Of a stretch of DNA of 64,000 bases, positions 11,650 to 23,605 are shown piece by piece. The notes under the pieces are model-generated. The model saw only the letters and a program-made list of their open reading frames with translations, was not told the DNA's origin and did no database searches. How positions within the stretch are numbered: the stretch's first letter is position 1; each line of letters opens with the position of its first letter. The DNA is taken from the NCBI GenBank assembly GCA_051294905.1, contig CM119386.1, positions 8,742,001 to 8,806,000 of the forward strand, written 5' to 3'. The position numbers and the translations under genes are program-made. The DNA comes from Botryllus schlosseri. Taxonomy: Eukaryota.

Positions 11650-13100
11650 ATTAACCTTTATAGACACGCGCGACATAGCGGACGGATACTGAAAGCGGAG
11701 TTCGGGACCCCGCGAAATGGACATAGCGGACGGTCATATAATATAGAAAGCGGAGATCAGGGCGCATCCGAAGATGTTTCGAAGCAGTGGAGAATAACGG
11801 AGAAGTCAGCCATGCAAGTTCAAGGCCAATTGGGCGACTGATTGCCCATCGATGAGATGACATAGCGGGCGGTTATATAGTACAAAGAAAGCGGAGTTCG
11901 GGGCGCATTGGAAGATGTTTCGAAGCAGTGGAGAATAACGGAGAAGTCAGCCATGCTATTTCAAGGCCAATTTCGCGACTGATTGCCCGTCGTTGAGATG
12001 ACATAGCGGACGGATACTGAAAGCGGAGTTCGGGGCCCCGCGAAATAGACATAGCGGACGGTTATATAATATAGAAAGCGGAGATCAGGGCGTATCGGAA
12101 CATGTTTCGAAGCAGGGGAGAATAACGGAGAAGTCAGCCATGCGAGTACAAGGCGAGTTCAAGGCGACTGATTGCCCTCCGATGAGATGACATAGCGGAC
12201 GGATACTGAAAGCGGAGTTCGGGGCCCCGCGAAATAGACATAGCGGAAGGTTATATAATATAGAAAGCGGAGATCAGGGCGTATCGGAAGATGTTTCGAA
12301 ACAGTGGAGAATAGCGGAGAAGTCAGCCATGCGAGTTCAAGGCGACTGATTGCCCATCGATGAGATGACATATAGCGGGCGGTTATATAATACAAGGAAA
12401 GCGGAGTTCGGGGCGTATCGGAAGATGTTTCGAAGCAGTGGAGGATAACGGAGAAGTCAGCCATGCGAGTTCAAGGCAAGTTGGGCGACTGATTGCCCAT
12501 CGATGAGATGGCATAGCGGGCGGTTATATAATACAAGGAAAGCGGAGTTCGGGGCGTATCGGAAGATGTTTCGAAGCAGTGGAGAATAACGGAGAAGTCA
12601 GCCATGCAAGTTCAAGGCCAATTGGGCGACTGATTGCCCATCGATGAGATGACATATCGGGCGGTTATATAATACAAGGAAAGCGGAGTTCGGGGCGTAT
12701 CGGAAGATGTTTCGAAGCAGTGGAGAATAACGGAGAAGTCAGCCATGCAAGTTCAAGGCCAATTGGGCGACTGATTGCCCATCGATGAGATGACATAGCA
12801 GACGGTTATATCGTTATAATATACTGAAAGCGGAGTTTGGGGCGTAGCGAAATATATTTCGAAACAGCAGAGAATAACGGAGAATTCAGCCATGCGAGTT
12901 TCAGACCAATTATTGGTGACTGATTGCCCATCGATGAGATGACATAGCAGACGGTTATATCGTTATAATATACTGAAAACGGAGTTTGGGGCGTAGCGAA
13001 ATATATTTCGAAACAGCAGAGAATAACGGAGAAGTCTGCCATGCGAGTTTCAGGCCAATTCGGTGATTGCTTGCCCATCGATGAGATGACATAGCGGACG
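11650..13100 (+). repeat. Tandem array of ~140-bp and ~185-bp units (left arm of the foldback)
   Basis: Anchor CGATGAGATGACATA recurs at ~11850, 11993, 12180, 12358, 12502, 12641, 12783, 12932, 13078. Confidence 0.9.
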
Positions 13101-13696
13101 CGTTTCGTATGACAATTTAACTGTTGATAGTTGTGGAATATTATACTGAACTACTTTCTACTTTACAAAAACCGAATTGCAAATGTAATTATTTCATCCA
13201 GAATACTGTTCAGGTAGATGTTGAAGTAATTGCGAAACATTACCACTTCAGTAAGTGCCGGAAATAGCCCAAATCTCGAAAAAGTAGAAATATTCAACAT
13301 ATATAATATCTGAACAACGTGATGTGATAAAGCAAAAATAACGTCAGATTCGTATTCAGCGCCCCCAAATTAGGCATAATTGACCCGAAGAAGTCCTGGC
13401 GCAAAAATCCTGTAGATCAGCGTTATTGGTGCTGCGGCGTGCGACGCCATCAAACCAGGAAATTGGCCCGTGAGCACATTCTAGTTTGAGACCTCTGAAC
13501 CCAATATCGGGGCATTTTGCCTGGCCTTAATCCACCTTTGCTCGACTCGATCTTCTCCTTATTTGCTAACACATGTCACTTCATTATAACGAAATATCTT
13601 TTACAAATTATATACAGATGTTACCAAAATGAAACAATGAATGAAACGAAGAAAATATATACACTATACAGTCATGATAAAAGGTTAAATTAAAGT

Positions 13697-13999
13697 TCAC
13701 GGCTGAATTTTAGCAGATAAGCAGTTTTTGCGGTAGCAAATGAAGTTTGTCATCTCATCAGCCTTTTCATCGACTAGGCAGGACTTGTGGAACCATCTTC
13801 GACATTTCACACACATTATCTGCTGATCTTGGTCTTTACTACCTTTACATAAGCTGCTGTCGCAGTTATCCCATTTCGATTTATTCATGACACCAATGGC
13901 AGATGAGGAATCGGCTTATAGCTCTGCATATGTAATATCACTTTCTGATATCGCATTCCAATCATCACTACGCAAGTCAGTGAAATCGAGGAACGAAGA
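13697..13999 (-). pseudogene. PHD-finger relic inside the foldback element
   Basis: CDSSLC...IMCVKCRRWFHKSC...FICYRKNC fits C4HC3 PHD spacing; the same frame extends ~37 codons upstream but is interrupted by an in-frame TAA at 13916-13918. Confidence 0.75.
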
Positions 14000-15199
14000 T
14001 AGAGTTTAATATGCATGCAAAAAAGCGTTGTTTAGCCGACGCACGCGTAGAAATGCTAAACGTCGTAAGTAAACTGCTCTAGTGATGGTGTGTACTGTGT
14101 ACCCCGGAATGGTTCAGGTTCTGTGTGAACCCGAACCTATGACGTCATGTCTAACATTTCAGTTACGTGGTATATTAATTTTTGAGTTTCATCCACACTT
14201 TTTTGCAAAAGAAATTTCATTCGCACAAACTAACCGAAAGTTGTCATACAAAAAAGAAGATGAAGATACTGAACAACATTTTGTTCAGATGTGCAGCAAA
14301 TTGGCTATCTATGCATAGCTTAAGCTATAAAGTGTATACTCGAACAGCACGTTTTATAACATATCATGGTATCGCACCCTCCTCCATATTATAAGGCCCG
14401 CAGTTTAGTCAAAGCGCAATACGGAGAAGTTGTATAGGATACGGTGTAAACACCTTGCGCGATTAGTAAACGCTAATAAAAATATAGTGCGTCGTAAAAA
14501 TGCCATATAGTGTAGCTTTATTTATGCCGCATCCACTGCGCGCGAAACGCGATGAAAATTCTGGGCTTTACTCAACTTTTATGAAAATTAGATGTGGATA
14601 CTCCCGTGAAAACAGCCCCGAAATTCCTCAGGCTATCTTTCTGATTGGAGGATTAGGCTACTTCTACTTGACAAACTGAAAATAGCGAAAAGTAAGTAGA
14701 TCACAAAATATTACGAAGTAGAAGTAGTGAAAATCGGATCTCCTTGAATAAGTACTAGAAGTAGAGGAAAACTACTTGAGCACTTCGAAAAAGTAGAAGT
14801 AGGCTACTTCGTTACTGACCACCTCTGTATATATTACAATTGAAATTGTGAATTCAGGCACCAAACATGCTCACAGCACAATTTCCATGCACTCAATATT
14901 ATTGGCCAAACCGTAAAAAAAGTGAATGAGTAAGTCCTCGAATCAAAGGGCTTGACTGGGAAAGCGCTTGCTCAATGCTCCAACGCCGCACTTTGAGATC
15001 GATCTAACCTCAGATCGTATCAGACCTCGAGTCAAAACTGAGATTGACTGGTGACTCGGAGCCTTGTGACTTGGTTACAACCCTGTGTGACGGTAACGTT
15101 AGATGAGCAGTTTCGGGTTTTTAGAAAATTTTGGAGTGAATTATTAGTTCTCAGATCGAAAAAAATATGTGCCGGTTATATATTATCGAATACTTTGAA

Positions 15200-16150
15200 A
15201 TACACCAAATTGCATGGTTGACTTTTCCGTTTTTCACCGCTGTTTCCTAACATCTTCCGATACGCCCCGAACTCCGCATTCTTTGTACTCTATAACCGCC
15301 CGCTATGTCATCTCATCGACGGGCAATCAGTCGCCCAATTGGCCTTTAACTTGCATGGCTGACATCTCCGTTATTCTCCACTGCTTCGAAACATCTTCCG
15401 ATACGCCCTGATCTCCGCTTTCTATATTATATAACCGTCCGCTATGTCCATTTCGCGGGGCCCCGAACTCCGCTTTCAGTATCCGTCCGCTATGTCATCT
15501 CATCGACGGGCAATCAGTCGCCAAATTGGCCTTGAAATAGCATGGCTGACTTCTCCGTTATTCTCCACTGCTTCTAAACATCTTCCGATACGCCCCGAAC
15601 TCCGCTTTCTTTGTACTATATAACCGCCCGCTATGTCATCTCATCGACGGGCAATCAGTCGCCCAATTGGCCTTGAACTTGCATGGCTGACTTCTCCGTT
15701 ATTCTCCACTGCTTCGAAACATCTTCCGATACGCCCTGATCTCCGCTTTCTATATTATATAACCGTCCGCTATGTCTATTTCGCGGGGGCCCGAACTCCG
15801 CTTTCAGTATCCGTCCGCTATGTCATCTCATCGACGGGCAATCAGTCGCCAAATCGGCCTTGAAATAGCATGGCTGACTTCTCCGTTATTCTCCACTGCT
15901 TCGAAACATCTTCCGATACGCCCCGAACTCCGCTTTCTTTGTACTATATAACCGCCCGCTATGTCATCTCATCGATGGGCAATCAGTCGCCCAATTGGCC
16001 TTGAACTTGCATATGGCTGACTTCTCCGTTATTCTCCACTGCTTCGAAACATCTTCCGATACGCCCTGATCTCCGCTTTCTATATTATATAACCGTCCGC
16101 TATGTCCATTTCGCGGGGTCCCGAACTCCGCTTTCAGTATCCGTCCGCTA
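15200..16150 (-). repeat. Tandem array, reverse complement of 11650-13100 (right arm of the foldback)
   Basis: TATGTCATCTCATCGA-type units in opposite orientation. Confidence 0.9.
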
Positions 16151-16768
16151 TGTCGCGCGTGTCTATAAAGGTTAATGACCGAAAGCTCCGCTCTCCGCTA
16201 GGTCCGCTGTCTCCGTCTTTTAGGAATCGGCATTTTTGGCTCTCTCCGCCGTCTCCGTTGCTTCCGCGTTTTAGGGTCCGTTCTCCGCTGCCTCCGCTGT
16301 CTCCGCTGCCTCCGCTTCTCTGTCTTTTAGGGATGCCCGTGAGTTCGGTAGTAATCTTGAGTTGTTTTCGTGGGCACCGCGATGACAACTGTTTTGTATA
16401 GTCGAGTTGGTTGGAATACATATGGGGTTAAATGCTTTTGGTTTCTCATGATACAATATAGTAGGGTTATCCCAAGGGGCCAGATCAAACGGCATCGTAA
16501 CTCACAACATGGGCCAAATCCCTATAGCAAGACTCCCGAGGCCTCATATCACAACTGTTGTTGTACTTGTTGATCTAACAAATTTGTTGATATGTCACTT
16601 TAAGACTTTGACACCAAGTACGAGTAATCTTTTTGTAGTGTAAGTATGGAGATTGTAGTCACATTCGATAGTGTAAGCGTTGTATTATATGAGATTATGA
16701 GCGTGAAATGGTAATAACACTCCCACCCTGTACTCAGACATAATTTACTACCGTAGGCTACGACTACA

Positions 16769-19700
16769 ATGCCTGTTCAACACGTCGAAGACGATGCTGC
16801 TTTTCAACGAGCGTTCAATGATGCTGGGTCATCTTTGATTGTAATTGATTTTTTTGCAACCTGGTGAGTGAGTAGGCCTATACGGCCCTGTGGATATAAA
16901 GCTGTATCAGCTGTATCACTCTGTGGATATAAAGCTGTATCAGCTGTATCACCCTGTGGATATAAAGCTGTATCAGCTGTATCACCCTGTGGATATAAAG
17001 CTGTATCAGCTGTATCACTCTGTGGATATAAAGCTGTATCACCCTGTGGATATAAAGCTGTATCAGCTGTATCACCCTGTGGATATAAAGCTGTATCAGC
17101 TGTATCACAGCTGTATCTCGATCTTATAGGCCGATTTTATCATGAATTATTGAAAATTTTTGCGCTTCACGCTGGCTTACTAAACATTACAACAATAATT
17201 TCGTGGCAATAAAGCGAACAACGTGATTGGGGACGTTTTATCACCGTATAAGAGCCCAAGATACCAGGTTTTTTGCGAGCCTGACGAAGTGCTGTTTCGT
17301 TCCTGCCAACGGGTATACTCACCCGGAGATGTTTAATTAATTATTATTCGAGGGCTCCTACCTTTTCAAGCACACCTCACTCAGCTCTACCAGCAGCCGG
17401 TAGCCTAAATTAGATTACGTGAGCAGATAGACGTTATAAAAATTGATAGCAATCTATATGCAATTCCCGATCATATATTGACCGACTCAATCATGAAATA
17501 TAGAAATTTCTCTTTCTTCGCGCGTGTAGGCGAGTAGAGCTGACTCACTAAATGTGTGACAGCCTACTAGACTATTTCGCGCATCCCAGACATAGTATAG
17601 ACCTGATACTAATTGCAGAGTGATACCTGGGTGAATCTCGGTACGGCTTGTCTATAACAGTGGTTCACAACCTTTTTTTGACGCGCCCCCCTTTTTGATA
17701 GTGAAAAATTTCGCGCCCCCTTATCGTCATTCGCGCCCCCCTTATCGTCATATCACAAAATCCAACTGGGATGCTAGCAACCCCAACAGATTGTTTGGTG
17801 GTATGGTCGGTTATGAATGTTGATGAGAGAATAAAAAATATGAAATTGGGTCTATATAAAGAGAAACACGCCTGCATTGGAGGCAAATCGCGCTCCCCAG
17901 GTTGAGAACCCCTGTCTATAATATGGGAGCAGCGATGATTCTCAAAGTTAAAAGTAATTAAAAAAAATAATAATAAAAAAATCAAGAATTGATTGAACAC
18001 AAGACACAGATTCCATACAGGTAGAGTGATACAGCTGATAGAGCCGTGTTACAGCTGATAGCTGATACAGCTTTATATCCACAGGGTGATACAGCTGATA
18101 CAGCTTTATATCCACAGGGTGATACAGCTGATACAGCTTTATATCCACAGGGTGATACAGCTTTATATCCACAGAGTGATACAGCTGATACAGCTTTATA
18201 TCCACAGGGTGATACAGCTGATACAGCTTTATATCCACAGGGTGATACAGCTGATACAGCTTTATATCCACAGAGTGATACAGCTGATACAGCTGGTACA
18301 GCTGATACAGCTTTATCTCCACAGGGCCGCCTATACCGTCTACACATGCTTAGCCTATACACATAAGTCTTTGTATCGAAAATTTGTGACTATTCATGGA
18401 CGTCAAAAATGAATAATACTTGGAAGCTGAAGCCCAAAACTGGAAATCTAATGAAATTGAAATGTGATTCAGATATATAGGTTTTGTATTGTGAGGGTGA
18501 GTTGCAGTTTAGTAGTTAATTATGTTTCTTAACGAAATCATTCCAAAAGTACCAGTAGGCCTACCTCATGTCTATGTAGCCGCTAGGCTACCGGATGGCT
18601 ATCTAAATGGGTGAAGTCTGAAGTGGTTGGCAACAATGTCCTCAACACTGTCTCTGTTATCACTCAAACTTTCGATATGTTAGGTGTGGACCATGCAGAA
18701 CGATAGCACCAGTTTTCGAACAGCTATCAAACGAATTTGGAGACGTTGTATTTTTAAAAGTGGACGTTGACAAGTGTGAGGTAAGTAAAGCTTAGGTGGG
18801 AATATATTATGAGTAAGAAGTAAATACGATATCAAATTGGACTTTTCAACTTGAACCAAAAAATGTTTGAATTTCAATATCTGGGGATCTGTATCAATTC
18901 TCTCACAGAACACACAGCAAACGTATGGGGTTCGAGCCATGCCGACATTCTTGTTCATTCGAAATCGACAAACCCTTCACACAATCCAAGGTGCGAATGC
19001 GGGTGAACTCCGCCAAAAGCTTCAAGAACTCGCATCCGATAGCGGAGGCGCTGGCTCAAGTACAGATGTCGGAGTACCCGGAATGGTCAGTCGCTTTTGC
19101 AGCTGTTCCAATTGTTGAATTTAGCATTGATTACTGTTTGTATTTTCAGAGTGATCTCACGCCAAACATCACCATGTCTCAACTGACTTGCTTGAATGAG
19201 AGTGACAATCATCCTGTGAAGAATATTTTTGAAAAAAACGACGACTTGTACTTGGAATCTGATTGTGATGAAGAGGTAAGATGTCGTTCTGTGCACGGGT
19301 ATCGGGTATTGTAGATATGTTTAGCTGTGATGATGACCAGTTTACAGACAAGCTAGGCTCTGTGAGTCTGCTATGGTGTGGCAATATTTGTGTTGGTTAT
19401 TTGTGTACTAGTTATAGGATATAGAGTTGCCAGTGAAGTTTGTGAATGTAATAATAGGCTTAAGTGGTGACATTGAACGATAACATTGAAAAGTAGCCTA
19501 CAGTTCACATTTACTATCCCTATGTATGAGATACCCTCTCGGCTACATGAATTTGGAACCGTAATAGCATGTATTATGCCCGAGCAATTATGGTAGGCTA
19601 TGCTGCAATTAGGCCACTTGATTGATTGCAAATTCTATATTTACTCATTGATTAATAGACCAAGTCATCTGAATCCAGTGGTAAAGGTCGTTTCTAATCA

Positions 19701-22700
19701 ACATCAACAATATTTAACCTTTTCATAGTTGGCTACTTAATTTGGTTTTATTTGGATCCACAATGTGACTGATTTACCAATATCATCGTAACATTTTTTG
19801 AAACCAAACTACCGGTACTTTGCATTTATTGTTTTTTCAAGAATATAGTGGTGTTGTTTGATGTCTCTGCACAAATTTTTTAATTGAAAATATCATAAAA
19901 ATTGCACCTATAAGTGGCACAATTGGTCAGTTTGTTGGAGGCGGTCACTGGTCAGTAACAAATTTCTTCTACTTTTTCCGAATGTTCACGTGGGATTTGC
20001 CTGCTTGTACTTAACTGCTTACTTTTCATGCTTTGGGTTATGTTAAGTAGAAAGTAGTTTAGGACAGTGCTCTTCAACCTTTTTCGGCGTGGTACACCCT
20101 TTTAACGTTTGCTCAAAACTCGTACACCCCTGTTCATTAGGGGTCTTCAAAAATGACTTTTTTTCTCAAATCGTACTGGCTACTTGATAAAATTGTTAGG
20201 TTACCTAACTTAAGCCTACACACCAAATTTGGTTCAATTCCAACCGGTAGCCGCATTGCTACGGGAGAAGAAAGTTTCTATTTATTATATAAAATAAATA
20301 ACAAAAAATTTGAAATTTTTCTGTTCACCCATGAAAGTATTAGGTTGTCTATAAAAACGATGTTCTTCAAATTTGGTTCAATTCCGACCAGTAGAAGAGG
20401 AGTTATTGCCATCAAAAAATTTGGATTTGAATAAAATAGTATTTGGTCACAGAGTCTATTCGCAGCCAATTAAGCCGCCCGCCACGCAAATTGGAATTTA
20501 TTTCGTGTCAGCCCCCAAACAGCATGACATTACGAACGATAATCAACCTAAATGTAACAGTATTGGGGAGATAGTAGGTAAAGTTACTGCTGCAGAAGCG
20601 GTAATTCAGATCAGCGATGATAGCAGGCGCACCAGCCTACTGCGTATCAGGCCTGCCCCACACCACACACAGTCGATAGTAGCACTTGGGCTGCAAAAGA
20701 TGTCAGTAACCCCAGATCGTATGCCGCTATACACAGTCTATTGTCGCTAATTTGCATCACCAATAACAAAATACTAAATTGCAAATGTATGGCGAAATAT
20801 TGGACATAAAATCGGCATTTCAAAACAAAAGGTTTTCGATTTCAACATGGAATCTGTTGCGACCCTGGCTGGCTACGTCACTTCATTTATGTGCATTGCG
20901 GTATTTATTAACGTCGGGTAAGAAGTACCGATTCAAGAAGTCTGAGCTATCGCGGCGGTTCCCTCAAAAATCACTAAAAGACATATGACTAGCTGAAAAC
21001 ATGTTTGTTAACTGCATACTTTCCAACACCAAACGGATCCATTGGTCTATTGCCGACGGCTAAATGAATAGGAGAAATATTTGCTTATGACATCACAATC
21101 AAGCGGTGTACAGTTTACACTTGAGATAACATCGTACCATATTGCTCATTAACCTGTGCGTCAACCTGTACTGGTCCATAAACCTGCCTTTGTGATAGCT
21201 AGCCATCGGCTCATTGTAATTCGGATCTGGTACACCCCTGTACACCCCATCCGAGTGGTACACCCTTTGCAAATTCTGGTACACCCCAGGGTGTACGACA
21301 ACCCCGGTTGAAGAGCACTGGTTTAGGATATGCTTGCATCACTTTCATGAGTGAAATTGCCGTGCCATCTTGGCAGAACATCTCCTGTATCACGGTAACC
21401 GAATATCTTATCGAAAATGGCACCTATTTGTAGTGTCTTTGTAACGTCATATCATCATATGTGAAAGCTTAGAAGACTTTGCTTTGAATTGCTTATATTT
21501 ATTATTTTTTGGGTTAATTGCAGGGTTGTAATGACTAGAGTCGTGTCTCGACTCGAGTAGCGATTTTTTGGTGACTCACCTTGACTGGAGTCATTTTTTC
21601 AAATGCATGAAATGACTCGACTCGAGTGAATTTTTGTATTGACTCAACTTGGACTGGAGTCATTGTGCATGACTCTAACAAAGTCATATGACTCGAGACT
21701 AGAACGGCCATGACAGACATTTCATTGTCACTTTGAAGAATACCGTAGTAAAGTCACCACATTTTTGTATTTCGTCCATCAGTCCTGGTACTTGGAAAAA
21801 TAGGGCCAGAAACTGTTGAGACTGAGGAAAATTACTATATTGTGAATGCAAGCCATTCCATCACTCGAGCAGACTTGAAAAAAGTGGGTTGAACTGGATT
21901 GCACTAAAAATTGAACAGTGAACGTAATGACTTGGACTCGAGTCAAAACACTATGACTCGGACTCGACTAGCTGACTTGGTCTCGGACGTGACTTTGTGG
22001 TGAATTGTAAATGACTCGTCTTGACTCGAGTCAAAACTACGAAAGGTGGAGTGACTCGGAGCCTTGTGACTTGGTTACAACCCTGGTTAGTTGTGATGCC
22101 TACAGGTTCACCTGTGTTACCGGTTTTACCTATCACTAGCTAATAGGGTTGAGAGCATCTGCTCTGGACCTTATACTAATATGTATAATTGAATATATAC
22201 TTTTAGTATATCTCAAAAATTGCTAGTTGTCCAGGATAGATGAGCCCATGTCACTTACCCGAGTGACCCGTGTTTCAAGTTACGAACTAAGTATTGAAGT
22301 CTTCAATCAGCATCACGACTTGTGAACTAAAATCCAGGTTGTTGTCGGTTCGAATTTTTGAGTCTGTGCATTGAGTTGTTATCTCCGATTTCTCTCGTAA
22401 CATATTACAAACGCGGTATGCATTGCGGTTAGGGTGACATGCTACGATTTATTTCAGCTGCTAATATCGCTAGAGTTCGACCAGAAAGTAAAGCTACATT
22501 CCTTGAAAATCAAAGGCCCGCCGAGTTTTGCGCCGAAAACATTACGCATGTACATCAATCAACCGCACAACATGGACTTTGATTCGGCCAGAGACGGCAA
22601 TCCCGTACAAGAGCTAGTGTGAGTTTGTGTTCGTTTAAGGACAACTCGAAATCTGATATCACTATTTTGTTTTCAGACTAACGAAAGATGACGTTTCGGG

Positions 22701-23234
22701 AGAAGCGGTAGTCAATTTAAAGTTTGTAAAGTTTCAGAGTGTGGACAATCTCACAGTGAGTTCACTTGATTACTTCACGAATATGGCCAATCGCGATGCA
22801 ACATACATTATACTTTCAGATATTTGTTGCTGACAATCAAGGTGGTGAAGAACTTACTAGGATAGAAAATCTGGTCATTATAGGTAGAACGGTGGCTACA
22901 ACAAAAATGTCAGACTTCAAGCGTGTAAGTTTGTTATCTTAGAGATGCAAGTGTTTTGATATGGATTTCACAGGATATGATGGTTTTCTCTGATACAGAT
23001 CAGCAAGTCCCTCCATTGGGAGCAACATCGTTACTGCTAAATTACTTTCCATTCTGTGTAAATTTACCTCATTGATGTAGTGTAACATTTATTTATACAA
23101 CTAATTACTACGGTGATCCTTTGTGCCAGTACTAGTGTCCAACCAGTCGCGCTGGTTGCTGATTTGTATTTATGCTGATGCTTAAAATGCTGTCTCTCTT
23201 CCAGGTTGCTGGCAAAGAAGGCGAATCCCACTGA
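16769..23234 (+). CDS. TXNL1: Thioredoxin-like protein 1 (Trx + PITH domains), 8 exons: 16769-16863, 18684-18780, 18909-19085, 19150-19275, 22458-22618, 22677-22755, 22820-22924, 23205-23234
   Basis: MPVQHVEDD...IVIDFFATW|CGPC...[25 protein letters not shown]...LESDCDEE|[33 protein letters not shown]|[14 protein letters not shown]|VAGKEGESH*; all introns GT-AG and phase-consistent. Confidence 0.97.
16884..18328. mobile_element. MULE-like foldback (GGCCCTGTGGATATA family) with 33-bp minisatellite arms, in TXNL1 intron 1
   Basis: TIR GGCCCTGTGGA at both ends; 8-bp TSD GCCTATAC (16876-16883, 18329-18336); unit CCCTGTGGATATAAAGCTGTATCAGCTGTATCA tandemly repeated at 16886-17115 and inverted at 18030-18326. 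Confidence 0.9.
17658..17914. mobile_element. hAT MITE nested in the 16884-18328 element
   Basis: TIRs CAGTGGTTCACAACC / GGTTGAGAACCCCTG; flanking duplication (G)TCTATAA. Confidence 0.75.
20065..21320. mobile_element. Non-autonomous hAT element in TXNL1 intron 4
   Basis: TIR CAGTGCTCTTCAACC at both ends; perfect 8-bp TSD GTTTAGGA; GGTACACCC subterminal repeats. Confidence 0.92.
21521..22085. mobile_element. hAT MITE rich in GACTCGAGTC subrepeats (related pieces at ~15020-15085, 39470-39998, 52240-52412)
   Basis: TIRs CAGGGTTGTAA / TTACAACCCTG; TSD GTTAATTG / GTTAGTTG (7/8). Confidence 0.85.
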
Positions 23235-23605
23235 TTTTCTACATCTTCCTTCTGAGAACTCCTGCATCAGCTGCTTTCATTAATGAATACCTTACTATCC
23301 CCGCTTTATATCTGACAAGTTAATAAACGAACTGTTGGATGCATGAAAGATGTGTATTGAAGCGATAGAGCTGTATAATATAAGTAAGATTGCACCATTC
23401 GGCCTTGAATTACTTCATTGTCTACAGTGGGATTACATGAGAGAACTAAGAGCGGATGCGTTTCAGGAAGGAATAGTGAAATATGTCTATTTACAACAGA
23501 TTCTCGTCATGAGGCAGATCATGGTATTTGTACATGTTTCCTGTTGAAAAGAAGGTGCATTTTTTAGTATTCCGTGCTATTCACGAATGGGTATGCCGTG
23601 CATAC

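Larger units (their letters stand above)
11488..16338. mobile_element. 4.85-kb MULE/foldback-type element with satellite-containing long TIRs
   Basis: TIR GGGCATCCCTAAAAGAC(G/A)GAGAAGCGGAG; TSD GTGAGTTC(G), 8-9 bp (11480-11487, 16339-16346); arms ~1.6 kb and ~1.15 kb are reverse complements. Confidence 0.92.

Noticed and set aside
11470-16421. Mirror-image ORFs (MSISRGPELRFQ..., MSSHRWAISR...)
   Set aside because: Products of the transposon TIR and satellite, with no domain character
11650-18328. Regularly spaced repeats suggestive of a CRISPR-like array
   Set aside because: The units are tandem with no unique spacers, they lie within eukaryotic transposon TIRs, and there are no cas genes
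16868-18412. Repetitive ORFs such as ([11 protein letters not shown])n, ([11 protein letters not shown])n and ([11 protein letters not shown])n
   Set aside because: They are translations of the 33-bp minisatellite in the foldback arms, open in several frames
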